DNA of 61,424 bases, from IMG/VR virus record IMGVR_UViG_3300028840_003815, positions 1 to 61,424 of that record; one strand, written 5' to 3'. The position numbers were made by a program, and so were the translations under genes. The notes below the pieces were generated by a model, which did not search any database, was not told where the DNA came from, and saw only the letters and a program-made list of their open reading frames with translations. This DNA is from a virus (taxonomy: Duplodnaviria > Caudoviricetes). Shown here in pieces: positions 46,023-56,045 of this stretch (positions are counted from its first letter, which is position 1; each line of letters begins with the position of its first letter).

Positions 46023-46136
46023 AATTTCAGATATTCAAGAGTACCCAGGCAATTATAATCAGCACCCGGAATATTGTGATATAATAATTAAACGCTTTGA
46101 AGATTATGCCGGAATTAAGGCAGAAAAGATATAATT

Positions 46137-46553
46137 ATGCCAGAAACACCTAAAAAAAACGGTAGACCGTATAAAGTAATTGATAAAGATGAATTTGAAA
46201 AACTTTGCATGATTCAATGCACAAAACTTGAGATGTGCGATTGGTTCTGCTGCGATGATAAAACGCTTGAGTCTTGGTGTAAACGCACGTATAATAAAGG
46301 TTTTTCCGAAATTTTTAAACAAAAAAGGGGAAAAGGCAAGATTTCACTCAGGCGGACAGGCTTTCAAATGGCTCAGGAAGTCCCGGCTGTATGGATATTT
46401 CACGCTAAGAATTTTCTTGGCATGTCTGATAAGCAGGAAATTAAGCAGGAAGTAACGCAGAAAACAGATATAGATTATTCAAAGTATACGCCTGAAGAAC
46501 TTGAACAGCTTGAAATGTTATTGAAAAAAGGTACTAATGACACGCCTGGATGA
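46137..46553 (+). CDS. terS: terminase small subunit
   Basis: GRP...ID...FEKLC..QCT, GK.SLRR, IF..KN.LG..D; precedes terL. Confidence 0.8.
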   Translation: MPETPKKNGRPYKVIDKDEFEKLCMIQCTKLEMCDWFCCDDKTLESWCKRTYNKGFSEIFKQKRGKGKISLRRTGFQMAQEVPAVWIFHAKNFLGMSDKQEIKQEVTQKTDIDYSKYTPEELEQLEMLLKKGTNDTPG

Positions 46554-47970
46554 TCTACAAAAATTCAGATGCCAGACATCCTTATCATATTTTATCAGGC
46601 ATTTCTGGAATACGGTAGACCCATCTGACTATATTCATAACTGGCATATTGACGCTATTTGTGAACATTTACAAGCCGTGTCAGAAAGCAAAATCAGGCG
46701 GTTAATTATTAACGTACCGCCGAGACATCAAAAAAGCCTGTCCACTTGCGTATTTTGGCCTGCATGGGATTGGATAAACAGACCAGCCCGGCAATGGCTT
46801 TATTTTTCATACGCTCATGCCCTTAGCATTAGAGACTCAATAAAATGCAGACGGTTAATCGAGTCTGATAAATATCAAAAATTCTTTGGCGATGGTTTCC
46901 AGTTAATGGGAGACCAAAACACCAAAATAAAATTTGAGAATGATAAAAACGGCTGCCGGATATGTTCCTCAATTGGCGGTGTGGCGACAGGGGAAGGCGG
47001 AGACGCGATAGTTATTGACGACCCTCATAATATTAAAGATATAGAATCAGAAATTAAGAGGGAGTCTGTTTTATTGTGGTGGGATTCAGTATTAGGAACC
47101 CGTCTAAATCATCCGAAAACGGGCGCTATCGTTATCATAATGCAACGGACTCATAAAAGGGATTTAGTAGGGCATGTCCTGGAAAATGAAACCGGGTGGG
47201 AACATCTTATGCTGCCTGAAAGATATGAAAGCAATCACCCCTTCATAAGTCATACATCTTTAGGCTTTGTAGATAAGCGGAATGAAGGTGAACTCTTATG
47301 GCCTGACAGGTTTGGAGCTTCTGAAATTGCTGAAATAAATAAGCGGCTTGGTTCTTACGGAGTCGCAGGACAAAAGCAGCAACGCCCCTCCCCTCGTGGC
47401 GGCGGAATGATAAAGCTTGCATGGTTTAAAAGTTCAAGATATAAAGCCTTGCCTGTCAAATTCAATAGAATAATTCAATCATGGGATACAGCGCAAAAAG
47501 TTAAAGAGATAAACGATTATTCTGTCTGTACTACGTGGGGGGAACTGGCAGATGGGCGGATATTTCTTATTGATGTATTCAGAAAAAAGCTTGAATATCC
47601 TGAATTAAAGCGGGCAGTGCAAATGTTATTCGATAAATACAAACCTGCTGCTACACTTATTGAAGACAAGGGAAGCGGAACTACACTAATTCAGGATTTA
47701 AAATATAAAGTAAAAGCTATTGCCATTGAGCCAAAAGGCAATAAAGCTTACAGACTTGACTCTGTTCTCCGTGCGGATGCTGAAACGCCCACGCTTGAAA
47801 GCGGTGCGGTATGGCTGCCTGAGAGCGCAACATGGCTTTTAGAATTTGAATCTGAATTAGAAGCATTCCCCAATGCAGCCCATGACGATCAGATTGACAG
47901 TATGACTCAATATCTCAACTGGAAAAACAGGGGTGTGAAATACCGGAAGCGAAAGCAGAAAGGCTTTTGA
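46537..47970 (+). CDS. terL: terminase large subunit
   Basis: INVPPRHQKS, TGEGGD..IDDP, IIMQR.H..D, SWDTA, EDKGSG, FP...HDDQ.D. Confidence 0.96.
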   Translation: MTRLDDLQKFRCQTSLSYFIRHFWNTVDPSDYIHNWHIDAICEHLQAVSESKIRRLIINVPPRHQKSLSTCVFWPAWDWINRPARQWLYFSYAHALSIRDSIKCRRLIESDKYQKFFGDGFQLMGDQNTKIKFENDKNGCRICSSIGGVATGEGGDAIVIDDPHNIKDIESEIKRESVLLWWDSVLGTRLNHPKTGAIVIIMQRTHKRDLVGHVLENETGWEHLMLPERYESNHPFISHTSLGFVDKRNEGELLWPDRFGASEIAEINKRLGSYGVAGQKQQRPSPRGGGMIKLAWFKSSRYKALPVKFNRIIQSWDTAQKVKEINDYSVCTTWGELADGRIFLIDVFRKKLEYPELKRAVQMLFDKYKPAATLIEDKGSGTTLIQDLKYKVKAIAIEPKGNKAYRLDSVLRADAETPTLESGAVWLPESATWLLEFESELEAFPNAAHDDQIDSMTQYLNWKNRGVKYRKRKQKGF

Positions 47971-47971
47971 T

Positions 47972-48283
47972 ATGAATAAGGTTTTGAATGATAAAACTAT
48001 CAGGTTATGTGGACAAGATATTGAAATAGTATGTAATGACCCAAAAGAATGGGCCAATGGAGGCATGGGTCAATGTTCTGAAAAGCAGTGCAAAATTTTA
48101 GTTCATTCTGCAATGGTAAAATCTGCAATAGATTCAACAATTTTACATGAAATAGTTCATCTGATACTTAATTTTAATGGATTCCATAATGAATCAGCCA
48201 ATGAGCAACTTGTATCAGTGTTAGGCAATTCATTTCTTGCATTAATAAGAGATAATCCAGAGTTTATCAAGGATTTGATATGA
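47972..48283 (+). CDS. HExxH metallopeptidase-like protein
   Basis: STILHEIVH...E..V..L......LIRDNP. Confidence 0.75.
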   Translation: MNKVLNDKTIRLCGQDIEIVCNDPKEWANGGMGQCSEKQCKILVHSAMVKSAIDSTILHEIVHLILNFNGFHNESANEQLVSVLGNSFLALIRDNPEFIKDLI

Positions 48284-49701
48284 ATAAAGAACAACTTTTA
48301 GCAACAGATTCTTATTATGATAGTCATATTGACACTTGGCAATATTTACAGGCTGCGTATGATGGTGCGAAAGCCCTTGTTGAATATGGGATATTGGAAG
48401 GATTTAAAGAGCCTGAACAGTATAAAAAGAACGGCGCTGTGTATGGATATGAATACACAAGCCGGATAAATAAAATATTAACTGGCTTTATCGCAAATTC
48501 AAAATTTATAAACGATTATGGCAAACTTTCAGATGACGAAATGTTTCAAAACTTTATGCAGGATTGCGATTTATACGGAACTGATTTTAATCTTTGGTTC
48601 AATGAACGCCGGGAAGTAGTTTCTTATATGGGGCATATCGGAATAGTAGTTGACATGCCTGTTGAACCAACGGGAGAAGGCAATCTTCAGGCTCAAAAAG
48701 ATTTAGGGATTTATCCTTATTTATCGAGCTATGACCCTGTTAATATTTTGGAAATGCAGATAAGCAGAAATCCGCAAACAAATAGACCCTTTTTTAGTAA
48801 AGTAAAATTGAGGGAATATAATCCTGATAGAGTAATTATTTTAACACCGGAAAAAATAGAAAAATATTCAATTCCCATTGAAGATGATGAAGAAGCGGAA
48901 CAGTTAAATGCCGGGAATGATATTAATAAATTGGGTGTTATCCCTTTTTTCCTTTTTATCAATGACAAAAAGCCCGGAACTCTGGAAACAAAATCAAGTG
49001 TCAGGGGTATCGCAGATATAGACGTGTCTCTTATAAAGGATGGATTAAAATCTGAAAAAGTTTTGTTTAATGCTGCATTCCCGGCGCTGGTAATGGCTGC
49101 TGATAGGGATGACCCAACCCTTAGTGAGCAGACAATGGAAAAGGGCGTGAATCAGCTTTTAACGGAAACTCCTGAAACAAAAGGCATTCATAGATGGATT
49201 TCTTCAGAGGCTTGGAGTGCAATACAGCCCATTTTAGCCTCAACAGATGATAAGCGGCGTGAAATTTACTTAATGGCTAATCTGGGGGCGATTCTGCAAT
49301 CAACAAGCAATGAAGCCAGGAGCGGTGAGAGTTTAAAACAGTCATTCAGATATTTAGAGGGAAGCTTGGCACGGATGGTTTCTAATGAGTTAGAGGCAAG
49401 AAGAAATGTTTTCAGGTATTGGTTATTATGGTTAAATCGGCTTGATGAATTTCAAGAAATATCCATAGGACATGATGGGGATTTCGATATTGAGAGCATG
49501 ATTTCTTCTATGGACGATATTCTTGTTGAGCAGTCATTACTGCAAGCCTCCCCAACTGCTCAAAAAGAATTATCTAAAAAGATTGTAAACATTGGGACTT
49601 TAAAGACTTTGGATTTGTCTACAATATCAATTATTAATGATGAAATTGACAATTTTAAAATTGGCCTGGATGAGAATATCCAAAACGAAACCTCTCAATA
49701 A
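48280..49701 (+). CDS. portal protein
   Basis: Size and position after terL; VVDMP, N.LG.IP, ARSGES. Confidence 0.85.
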   Translation: MNKEQLLATDSYYDSHIDTWQYLQAAYDGAKALVEYGILEGFKEPEQYKKNGAVYGYEYTSRINKILTGFIANSKFINDYGKLSDDEMFQNFMQDCDLYGTDFNLWFNERREVVSYMGHIGIVVDMPVEPTGEGNLQAQKDLGIYPYLSSYDPVNILEMQISRNPQTNRPFFSKVKLREYNPDRVIILTPEKIEKYSIPIEDDEEAEQLNAGNDINKLGVIPFFLFINDKKPGTLETKSSVRGIADIDVSLIKDGLKSEKVLFNAAFPALVMAADRDDPTLSEQTMEKGVNQLLTETPETKGIHRWISSEAWSAIQPILASTDDKRREIYLMANLGAILQSTSNEARSGESLKQSFRYLEGSLARMVSNELEARRNVFRYWLLWLNRLDEFQEISIGHDGDFDIESMISSMDDILVEQSLLQASPTAQKELSKKIVNIGTLKTLDLSTISIINDEIDNFKIGLDENIQNETSQ

Positions 49702-49957
49702 TGCTTGTTCTTACTAAAGCTTCTGCAATTTCAGAAGCTTTTAAAATCTCAAATCTTGGTAGACACATTTTTTTATGACAGCCAGTTTTTAAATCTTTCT
49801 GTTTTGAAAATGATTTTAAAAGTTGTGTTCTGAATGTAAACCCCGCTTTCCTGCCTTTTTTTCCGGCTTGAGCCAAACAGATTAAGCAATCTGCTTTTTT
49901 GGGTACAAACGGATTAATAAGTGGGAGTCTTATCGCCTGTTTCTCTAAAAGTGTCAT
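49655..49957 (-). CDS. hypothetical protein (moron-like)
   Basis: AAGGAG RBS and upstream TTGACA; overlaps the portal end. Confidence 0.45.
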   Translation of the reverse strand: MTLLEKQAIRLPLINPFVPKKADCLICLAQAGKKGRKAGFTFRTQLLKSFSKQKDLKTGCHKKMCLPRFEILKASEIAEALVRTSIIERFRFGYSHPGQF

Positions 49958-50104
49958 ATTTTCTCCTTTGATAATACATGTTTTGGCAAATGTATATTTG
50001 TCAAAGAAAACTTGTTTTCAGGATTTTCTTTGACATTTTTGGTTATGGCTATATCAAACCAATGTTTTACCCTATCTCTGTTTGGTACGGTACAATTTGA
50101 ATCA

Positions 50105-50575
50105 TCATGAATTGTCATCATGCCTCCTTATTTCAGTTATAGCTATACCAGACCAACTACTTACGCTATCTATATCTTTTGTGTACATGTCGGAAAGTAT
50201 TGATATAGATTTGTCTATGCTAAAACCAACCCTTAATAATAATTCTACATCCTCTGCAACCTGTTTAACAGGTAAACGAGTTTGAGAAGCCAAAGTTTTG
50301 ATTTTATCAATTATTTGTGTAATTTCATCCCTAACTGCCTCAGTATTCCGCATCTGGTCATCAAAATCTGTAACCGGTTCAATCTCAAAAATAAATCGCT
50401 TATCTGCCTGATTATTTTTCTCTGGAAAAGATATATTCTTTTCAAAGATTAAATTTTTTAAAGGTGCTGGTTCAAACCTTTCAAAGAGATTGTTAAAAAC
50501 ATAACCTGTTGCAAAAATCTTTATTTTTATTTCTTTTTGATCTTTATCTAATTCAATCTGAAAATTATTACTCAT
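50105..50575 (-). CDS. hypothetical protein (moron-like)
   Basis: AAGGAG RBS before ATG 50575. Confidence 0.65.
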   Translation of the reverse strand: MSNNFQIELDKDQKEIKIKIFATGYVFNNLFERFEPAPLKNLIFEKNISFPEKNNQADKRFIFEIEPVTDFDDQMRNTEAVRDEITQIIDKIKTLASQTRLPVKQVAEDVELLLRVGFSIDKSISILSDMYTKDIDSVSSWSGIAITEIRRHDDNS

Positions 50576-50735
50576 ACTTTCTCCTTTCTTTATAATTATT
50601 ACCAAAAAAATATAATTAAGTCAATAAAAAGCTTGACATGGTATTTTATTGTATAGTACACTTTACACATTGTACTAATACACTTTAATTTAAAAAGGCG
50701 TGATGCCTAACACACTTTTAAAAAGGGAGGGCGAG

Positions 50736-51545
50736 ATGCCCTGGAATTTTGATGACAACGGAAATTTTGTAAAGGATGAGTCGGGTAATCCCGTCTGGAT
50801 AGACGAAACCGACAAAACAGAAAAAGCTGTAAATCCTGAAGCTTATTTCAAGAAAATTTCTGAATTAAATAAAGAGTCAATGAACCACAGGCTTAAAGCC
50901 AAAGAAGTACAGGAAGCTTTTGAACAATTCAAAACGCAATATAAAGACCTTGACGACCCGGAACAAGCCTTGAAAGCCCTTGAAACTGTTAAGAATCTGA
51001 AAGATGGGGATTTTTTGAAGGCAGACCAGGTTGACGCTCTGAAAGAAAAAATCCGCCGTGAGTTTGCGGAATCTTACGAGTCTAAAATAAAAGAGACTTC
51101 AGAGACGTATAAATCTCAAGTTGAAAAATATAAAAAGAAATCTGACACTCTTGAATATGAAATTGAGCAGGGGATGAAAGAGCGTGCTATCGCAAATTCT
51201 TTGCAGTCAGGCGTTTTGAAATCAAAAACAACCCTGGGAAACCTTCGTGCCGGAATGGGATATTTTGGCGACAGGTTTAAAAGAGACCCTGAAACCGGTA
51301 AAATGGTCGGGTATCACTGGAACTCTGACAGAAAGATTATTTCTACAAATACAGAAAATGCAGGCGAACCGGCTGACATGGAAACATGTTTAAAAGTGCT
51401 GTATGAAACAGACACATTTAAAGACGGGATTTCAAAAGAAATTCCCGGCGGTGCTGGCAGTACAGGAGGACACGGAACGCCTACAAAAGAGGGAGCCGTT
51501 TCAACTGAGGAGTGGATAAGCGGACTCGGCTTTGACGGTTCTTAA
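50736..51545 (+). CDS. capsid scaffolding protein
   Basis: G.PVWID, KI.ELN.ES..HR, coiled coil, C-terminal GGAGS.GG; precedes the major capsid gene. Confidence 0.8.
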   Translation: MPWNFDDNGNFVKDESGNPVWIDETDKTEKAVNPEAYFKKISELNKESMNHRLKAKEVQEAFEQFKTQYKDLDDPEQALKALETVKNLKDGDFLKADQVDALKEKIRREFAESYESKIKETSETYKSQVEKYKKKSDTLEYEIEQGMKERAIANSLQSGVLKSKTTLGNLRAGMGYFGDRFKRDPETGKMVGYHWNSDRKIISTNTENAGEPADMETCLKVLYETDTFKDGISKEIPGGAGSTGGHGTPTKEGAVSTEEWISGLGFDGS

Positions 51546-51556
51546 TAGGAAAAAAT

Positions 51557-52459
51557 ATGGCAACATTACCAGAACTTTCTAATTTATACGCAAAAAAGCA
51601 GCCTCATCAGGTTGATTATTTAACAGAAAATGCACCGCTTTTAGCGATGTTTCCTTTTGAAAAAGCATCGCACGGGCTTTGGAATGCTTATGAAGAAATA
51701 AAAGATGTTAAAGGAGCATCTTTTGTCGAGATGGATGCTCCCCTTCCCACTGTTTCTGCGGAGTCAGAATTGAAACAGTTTAGTTTGCAGGTTATGGGGG
51801 GGCAAATCGAAGTAGGGGAAGATAAAGCGAAAATGTTTGGCGGTGCTGCAAAGTATTTTGCAACTAAAATGCCAGCCGTACTGAGAAAATCCGGTCAAAG
51901 TGCTGAAAGTGCTATTTTACACGATACAATCCGGGCGTATGCTATTGCAACTGGGAATGTGATTGAACCAGCGGACGCCGCAGGTGATGCAAACTACACA
52001 ATTTTATGCGTAAGATTTGTATCAGGAGAAACGACAGGACTTTACAGCCCGGATGGATTCAAAAACGGAGCGACTCTTGACGCTATGGCTCTGAATAGCG
52101 GGGCTTTGTATAAAAACGAAGATGGTATTAATGTTTACGGAATGAGGCTTAAAGGGTATTTTGGCTTTCAGATAGCCAACCCGAAAACTGTATCAGCAAT
52201 TGTCAATGTTAAGAAAACAAAACAGCCCACAGCAGATCAGCTGGATGAACTTATTGAAATGGCGAGGGGAACATCCGGTTCTACTTATATAATGTGTCAT
52301 CCAGCGGTCAAAAGCATGTTGTATAAGCTGAAAAATGCTAAAATGACAACAGTTCCGAATGATAAAAATATCAATAACATGATTGAGATGTGGAATGACA
52401 TCCCCATTTTGACTTCATACAACTTTGCAAACGGCACTGAAGTGGATGTGGCTATCTAA
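51557..52459 (+). CDS. major capsid protein
   Basis: 300 aa after the scaffold; L.E..P.L...PF, GG.I.V..D. Confidence 0.85.
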   Translation: MATLPELSNLYAKKQPHQVDYLTENAPLLAMFPFEKASHGLWNAYEEIKDVKGASFVEMDAPLPTVSAESELKQFSLQVMGGQIEVGEDKAKMFGGAAKYFATKMPAVLRKSGQSAESAILHDTIRAYAIATGNVIEPADAAGDANYTILCVRFVSGETTGLYSPDGFKNGATLDAMALNSGALYKNEDGINVYGMRLKGYFGFQIANPKTVSAIVNVKKTKQPTADQLDELIEMARGTSGSTYIMCHPAVKSMLYKLKNAKMTTVPNDKNINNMIEMWNDIPILTSYNFANGTEVDVAI

Positions 52460-52471
52460 GGAGTTTTTATT

Positions 52472-52882
52472 ATGTATAATCATACTGTTAAGGATTATGA
52501 CGGTTATCTTGCAAAAGATCAGACAGTGCCTCAAAATGATACAGCAGACGGGAACGGCGGAGGGTTAAAACTTTCCGGGACTATGGGAGGTATTGAAGTC
52601 GTTGCAGTCGTTGGCTCTGTAAAGCTTGATCTGGCAGACACAAAAGTTATGACTATCAAACTTCAGCAAAGCTCTGATGACGGTGATGCTGATGCGTATA
52701 CAGACTTGCATACATTGTATACAGTTACAGCAGCCGGTGCTACTTCAGTAGCTATCGGAACAGAATTAGGACGTTTTGTAATCCCCTCCAATGCTGAGAC
52801 GTATATAAAAGCAACTATTACAAATGATGATATAGCCGCAACCGGGAAAGTGGAAATTTATCCGCATTACCTGCCGAGATAA
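52472..52882 (+). CDS. capsid cement/decoration protein
   Basis: Beta-rich, follows the capsid gene; LQ.S.D.G..D.Y. Confidence 0.65.
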   Translation: MYNHTVKDYDGYLAKDQTVPQNDTADGNGGGLKLSGTMGGIEVVAVVGSVKLDLADTKVMTIKLQQSSDDGDADAYTDLHTLYTVTAAGATSVAIGTELGRFVIPSNAETYIKATITNDDIAATGKVEIYPHYLPR

Positions 52883-52884
52883 TC

Positions 52885-53493
52885 ATGAGATATTGTAATG
52901 ATTCCGATATAGAAAAAATAAGAGAGTCAGCATTGTCAAATTTGACAATTGACTCTTTACAGCCGGAAGATTTTCAAAAAATGGCCGGGCAGAATATCGA
53001 AATGGATTTAGTTTCATTATGGTATTCAGGAACAGACCCATTTAACGCCCGGCTCTTACCCTATTCTTTTGATTACGATTATAAACAAAGAGTTTCAGTT
53101 GTGTCGATAGGAGAACGAGTTGATAAAAAAGGAATTATTTATGAAAAAATAAATTCAGATTTATCAATAAATTATCTTACTGATACAGACTTTACAGATA
53201 CGGATAACTGGAAAAAAATTGAATGTACTTTTCCGGCATTATTCCGGGACTTGGCTGCATATCAAACTTTATTTTTAATATATCGTTATCAGGCAGGGGA
53301 TTCCGAAACGGAAAACACTTTTGAACGGCAAAGGGATTATTTTTTAGAAGCATATCGTAATGAGTTAGCCAGAATACTTGAAATCGGAATTGATTATGAT
53401 CTGGATGAATCCGGGGTTATCGATACTGATAATGAAAAACGAATAATTTCTAATAAGGTACGCCCTGCATTGCAGAGCGTAACGGTTTGGTAA
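52885..53493 (+). CDS. head-tail adaptor
   Basis: MRYC..SDI; Y...Y..EL......DYD.D.SG. Confidence 0.6.
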   Translation: MRYCNDSDIEKIRESALSNLTIDSLQPEDFQKMAGQNIEMDLVSLWYSGTDPFNARLLPYSFDYDYKQRVSVVSIGERVDKKGIIYEKINSDLSINYLTDTDFTDTDNWKKIECTFPALFRDLAAYQTLFLIYRYQAGDSETENTFERQRDYFLEAYRNELARILEIGIDYDLDESGVIDTDNEKRIISNKVRPALQSVTVW

Positions 53494-53510
53494 AAAAGGA
53501 GGATTTAAAA

Positions 53511-53795
53511 ATGACTAAAAAAACATTGCATAATTCAACAGTATCGGCGGCAAAGGACAATGTGAAAGATATGGAAGTTGTAGGTAACGGTGATATGTTT
53601 CGGCTTCTCTGTAAAGCCAGTTCAAAAACAGAGGGCTGGATGAAATCTACAAAAGCTTGTGAAATACCTGGTGTGGGCTGTGTTGTTCAAGTAACAACTC
53701 AACAGGGGGAAAATGTTGCCGAGGCGGTTACTTTTGTTCCGGGGGTAACAATTTATGCTGATAAAAATAATGGCAGAAAACTTGTAAGGTTTTAA
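53511..53795 (+). CDS. conserved phage hypothetical protein (inserted)
   Basis: GGAGG RBS; WMKSTKA..GC.VQVTTQQ..AEA..FVPGV. Confidence 0.75.
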   Translation: MTKKTLHNSTVSAAKDNVKDMEVVGNGDMFRLLCKASSKTEGWMKSTKACEIPGVGCVVQVTTQQGENVAEAVTFVPGVTIYADKNNGRKLVRF

Positions 53796-53931
53796 AACAA
53801 TTGCAGAAATTAATGATATATTTCAAGCTACTGAAGATAAGATTGACAGCTTATTAAAACAAACGATGCAAATATCGTTAAGTCTAACAAGGTACGCTCT
53901 GCAATGCAGAGCGTAACGGTTTGGTGAAAAA
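53786..53931 (+). repeat. degenerate duplicate of 54211-54310 fused to a duplicate of 53449-53497
   Basis: Direct sequence comparison; ATG changed to ATT and a 1-nt deletion. Confidence 0.9.
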
Positions 53932-53932
53932 A

Positions 53933-54220
53933 ATGGGAATTGATTTGAAAACAGGTAGTAAAGAAGAAGTAAGAAGCCGGTTGCTTGATTGGCTTGATAA
54001 GGTTCTGAATCCTGTCAATAAAGATTTTGTTCGGATAACAGAGGATGCTTTTACTTATCGGGTTGAGTATTCAAAAAAACCTAAAATTGAAGCTGATGAT
54101 ATTAGATCAATTATAAAAAATACATCTTCTGAAACACCTATTCGGGTTTCTTATTTTGAAACTGATGAAGGCACGGTTGAAGTCTTGCATATAGAAAAAC
54201 CGGGAACCACAAGGCTTTAA
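53933..54220 (+). CDS. hypothetical protein (inserted)
   Basis: ORF between the duplicated flanks. Confidence 0.6.
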   Translation: MGIDLKTGSKEEVRSRLLDWLDKVLNPVNKDFVRITEDAFTYRVEYSKKPKIEADDIRSIIKNTSSETPIRVSYFETDEGTVEVLHIEKPGTTRL

Positions 54221-54224
54221 AACA

Positions 54225-55124
54225 ATGGCAGAAATCAATGACATTTTTCAAGCTACTGAAGATAAAATTGACAGCTTATTAAAAACAAACGATGCAAATA
54301 TCGTTAAGTCAATAAAAAAGCTTGAAAAGAATATTCTAAATCTTTATCAGGCGGAATACCCAAAGGGGAAAGCTAAATTTAAGATTGCTCAAGCTACAAA
54401 AGTTCATAAGGGAATGATAAGGCTTATGAACACTGAATATAATACGGCGATGCAGTCAATTACTAATGAATATTCAAAAGTCATTTCTGCCATTCAAGCG
54501 GAGTTTGCAGCACTTGAAGTTCCGGTAAGCTTTACCAATGTTGATTCAAAGATTTTTTCAGAATTACAAACAACTGCTTATAATTCCTTTAATCAATTGG
54601 GAAATAAAGCATTAAACGAATTATCGCAAAGTTTATATAACGGTGTGGCATTAGGTTCTGACTTTGCGTCTCTTGTAGGCGAAATGAAGGGCGCTCTTAT
54701 AGGGCTTGAGACGGTTACAGGCACGTCTTTAGCGTCTTATGCCTCAAGATATGCACATGATAGCTTAATGTCTTATTATTCGACTGTTCAGAAGCGTACC
54801 GCAAAAAAAGCCGGATTAAACTATTTCTTATATATGGGGAATATCCAGTTTAATACAAGACCGTTTTGTGCTGCCCGTGCTGGATTGGTTTTTTCAGAAT
54901 CTCAAATCGACTCCTGGAATAATATGAGTTGGCGAGGTCAATCCGGTGATGTTTGGACAAATCGGGGTGGTTTCAGATGCAGGCATTCATTTCATGCTGT
55001 TGATCCGGAATGGATCAAAGAGGGCAAGATTGAAGTTCAGTCTATTTTTGATGAAAAGCCAGACTTGATGACAGCTAAAAATGCTGCTGCTGTTGAAAAG
55101 GAAAAGGCAAGGATGTATGGCTAA
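54225..55124 (+). CDS. minor capsid / head morphogenesis protein (MuF/SPP1 gp7-like)
   Basis: Y.G.....TRPFC..R.G, GG..CRH. Confidence 0.8.
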   Translation: MAEINDIFQATEDKIDSLLKTNDANIVKSIKKLEKNILNLYQAEYPKGKAKFKIAQATKVHKGMIRLMNTEYNTAMQSITNEYSKVISAIQAEFAALEVPVSFTNVDSKIFSELQTTAYNSFNQLGNKALNELSQSLYNGVALGSDFASLVGEMKGALIGLETVTGTSLASYASRYAHDSLMSYYSTVQKRTAKKAGLNYFLYMGNIQFNTRPFCAARAGLVFSESQIDSWNNMSWRGQSGDVWTNRGGFRCRHSFHAVDPEWIKEGKIEVQSIFDEKPDLMTAKNAAAVEKEKARMYG

Positions 55125-55548
55125 ACCTGTAAAAATCAAGGGGCTTGATGAATTATTTAAAAAGCTTGACCCGATAAACATTTTTGATTCAGAGCGTACT
55201 TTGTCAAAAATGGCAGCATATGGGAAAACCAAAATACTTTCCAGAACATCTTCTGGAAAAGACTATTTAAACAGACCATTTAAGCCATATACTGAAGCAT
55301 ATAAGCAGACCCGTTCAAAGCTTGGTTTGCCAAGTAAAAAACCTGATTTATTTAAAACAGGCAGGATGCTTGGCAGTTTATCTTTTTATCTTGAAAAAGA
55401 TGAAGCTCATTTATTCTTTTTGAATCCACAAGAAAGTCTTAAAGCCTATGTAAATAACAAAATAAGGAATTTCTTTGAATTTAATGATAAAGATGAAAAA
55501 GGAATGCTGCGTATTGCTGAAACTGATATAAAAAAGGCTTTGAAATAA
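55117..55548 (+). CDS. neck / tail-completion protein
   Basis: I..RT..GKD....F..Y...Y, DL..TG.ML, R.FF. Confidence 0.7.
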   Translation: MAKPVKIKGLDELFKKLDPINIFDSERTLSKMAAYGKTKILSRTSSGKDYLNRPFKPYTEAYKQTRSKLGLPSKKPDLFKTGRMLGSLSFYLEKDEAHLFFLNPQESLKAYVNNKIRNFFEFNDKDEKGMLRIAETDIKKALK

Positions 55549-55550
55549 AA

Positions 55551-55566
55551 TGTTCTACGTGGAACA
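55551..55566. other. parS-like palindrome 5
   Basis: TGTTCTACGTGGAACA, intergenic. Confidence 0.8.
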
Positions 55567-55587
55567 ATTAAACAGGACTGTAAAAAA

Positions 55588-56043
55588 ATGGCTCATGACT
55601 CAATAAGAGAACAGATAATCCAAAATGTTATTGATACAGTTCAAAATATTGAGAATGTAAAATCTGTTGAGCGCTCCCACCCGGCAACCCCTACTATATT
55701 AAAAAAAATTCCATCAACGCAATTACCGAGAATAGGCATAACAGCCGGACTTCCTAAGCCTGAAAAAACTTTAGGCGATAAAATGGGTGATAATGATTTT
55801 AAGATTAATTCAAATCTTCAAATTGTATTATCATTTTTTGCTCAACATAAAACAAGCCCTGATAAATGGATTTCATTTTATTTAGATGAGTTATGGAGAG
55901 AATTATATAAAGATCAAACACGGGGCGGCTTGGCAGTTTTAACTAATTTAGAGCCGGATATTGAAGACGGGGTAGAAAGTCCGTATATAGGCTTTTATCT
56001 TATTATTACAGTAAACTATTATCATGATACAAAGGGGATATAA
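55588..56043 (+). CDS. tail terminator-like protein
   Basis: SIREQI, D.TRGGLA; precedes the tail tube gene. Confidence 0.7.
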   Translation: MAHDSIREQIIQNVIDTVQNIENVKSVERSHPATPTILKKIPSTQLPRIGITAGLPKPEKTLGDKMGDNDFKINSNLQIVLSFFAQHKTSPDKWISFYLDELWRELYKDQTRGGLAVLTNLEPDIEDGVESPYIGFYLIITVNYYHDTKGI

Positions 56044-56045
56044 AA

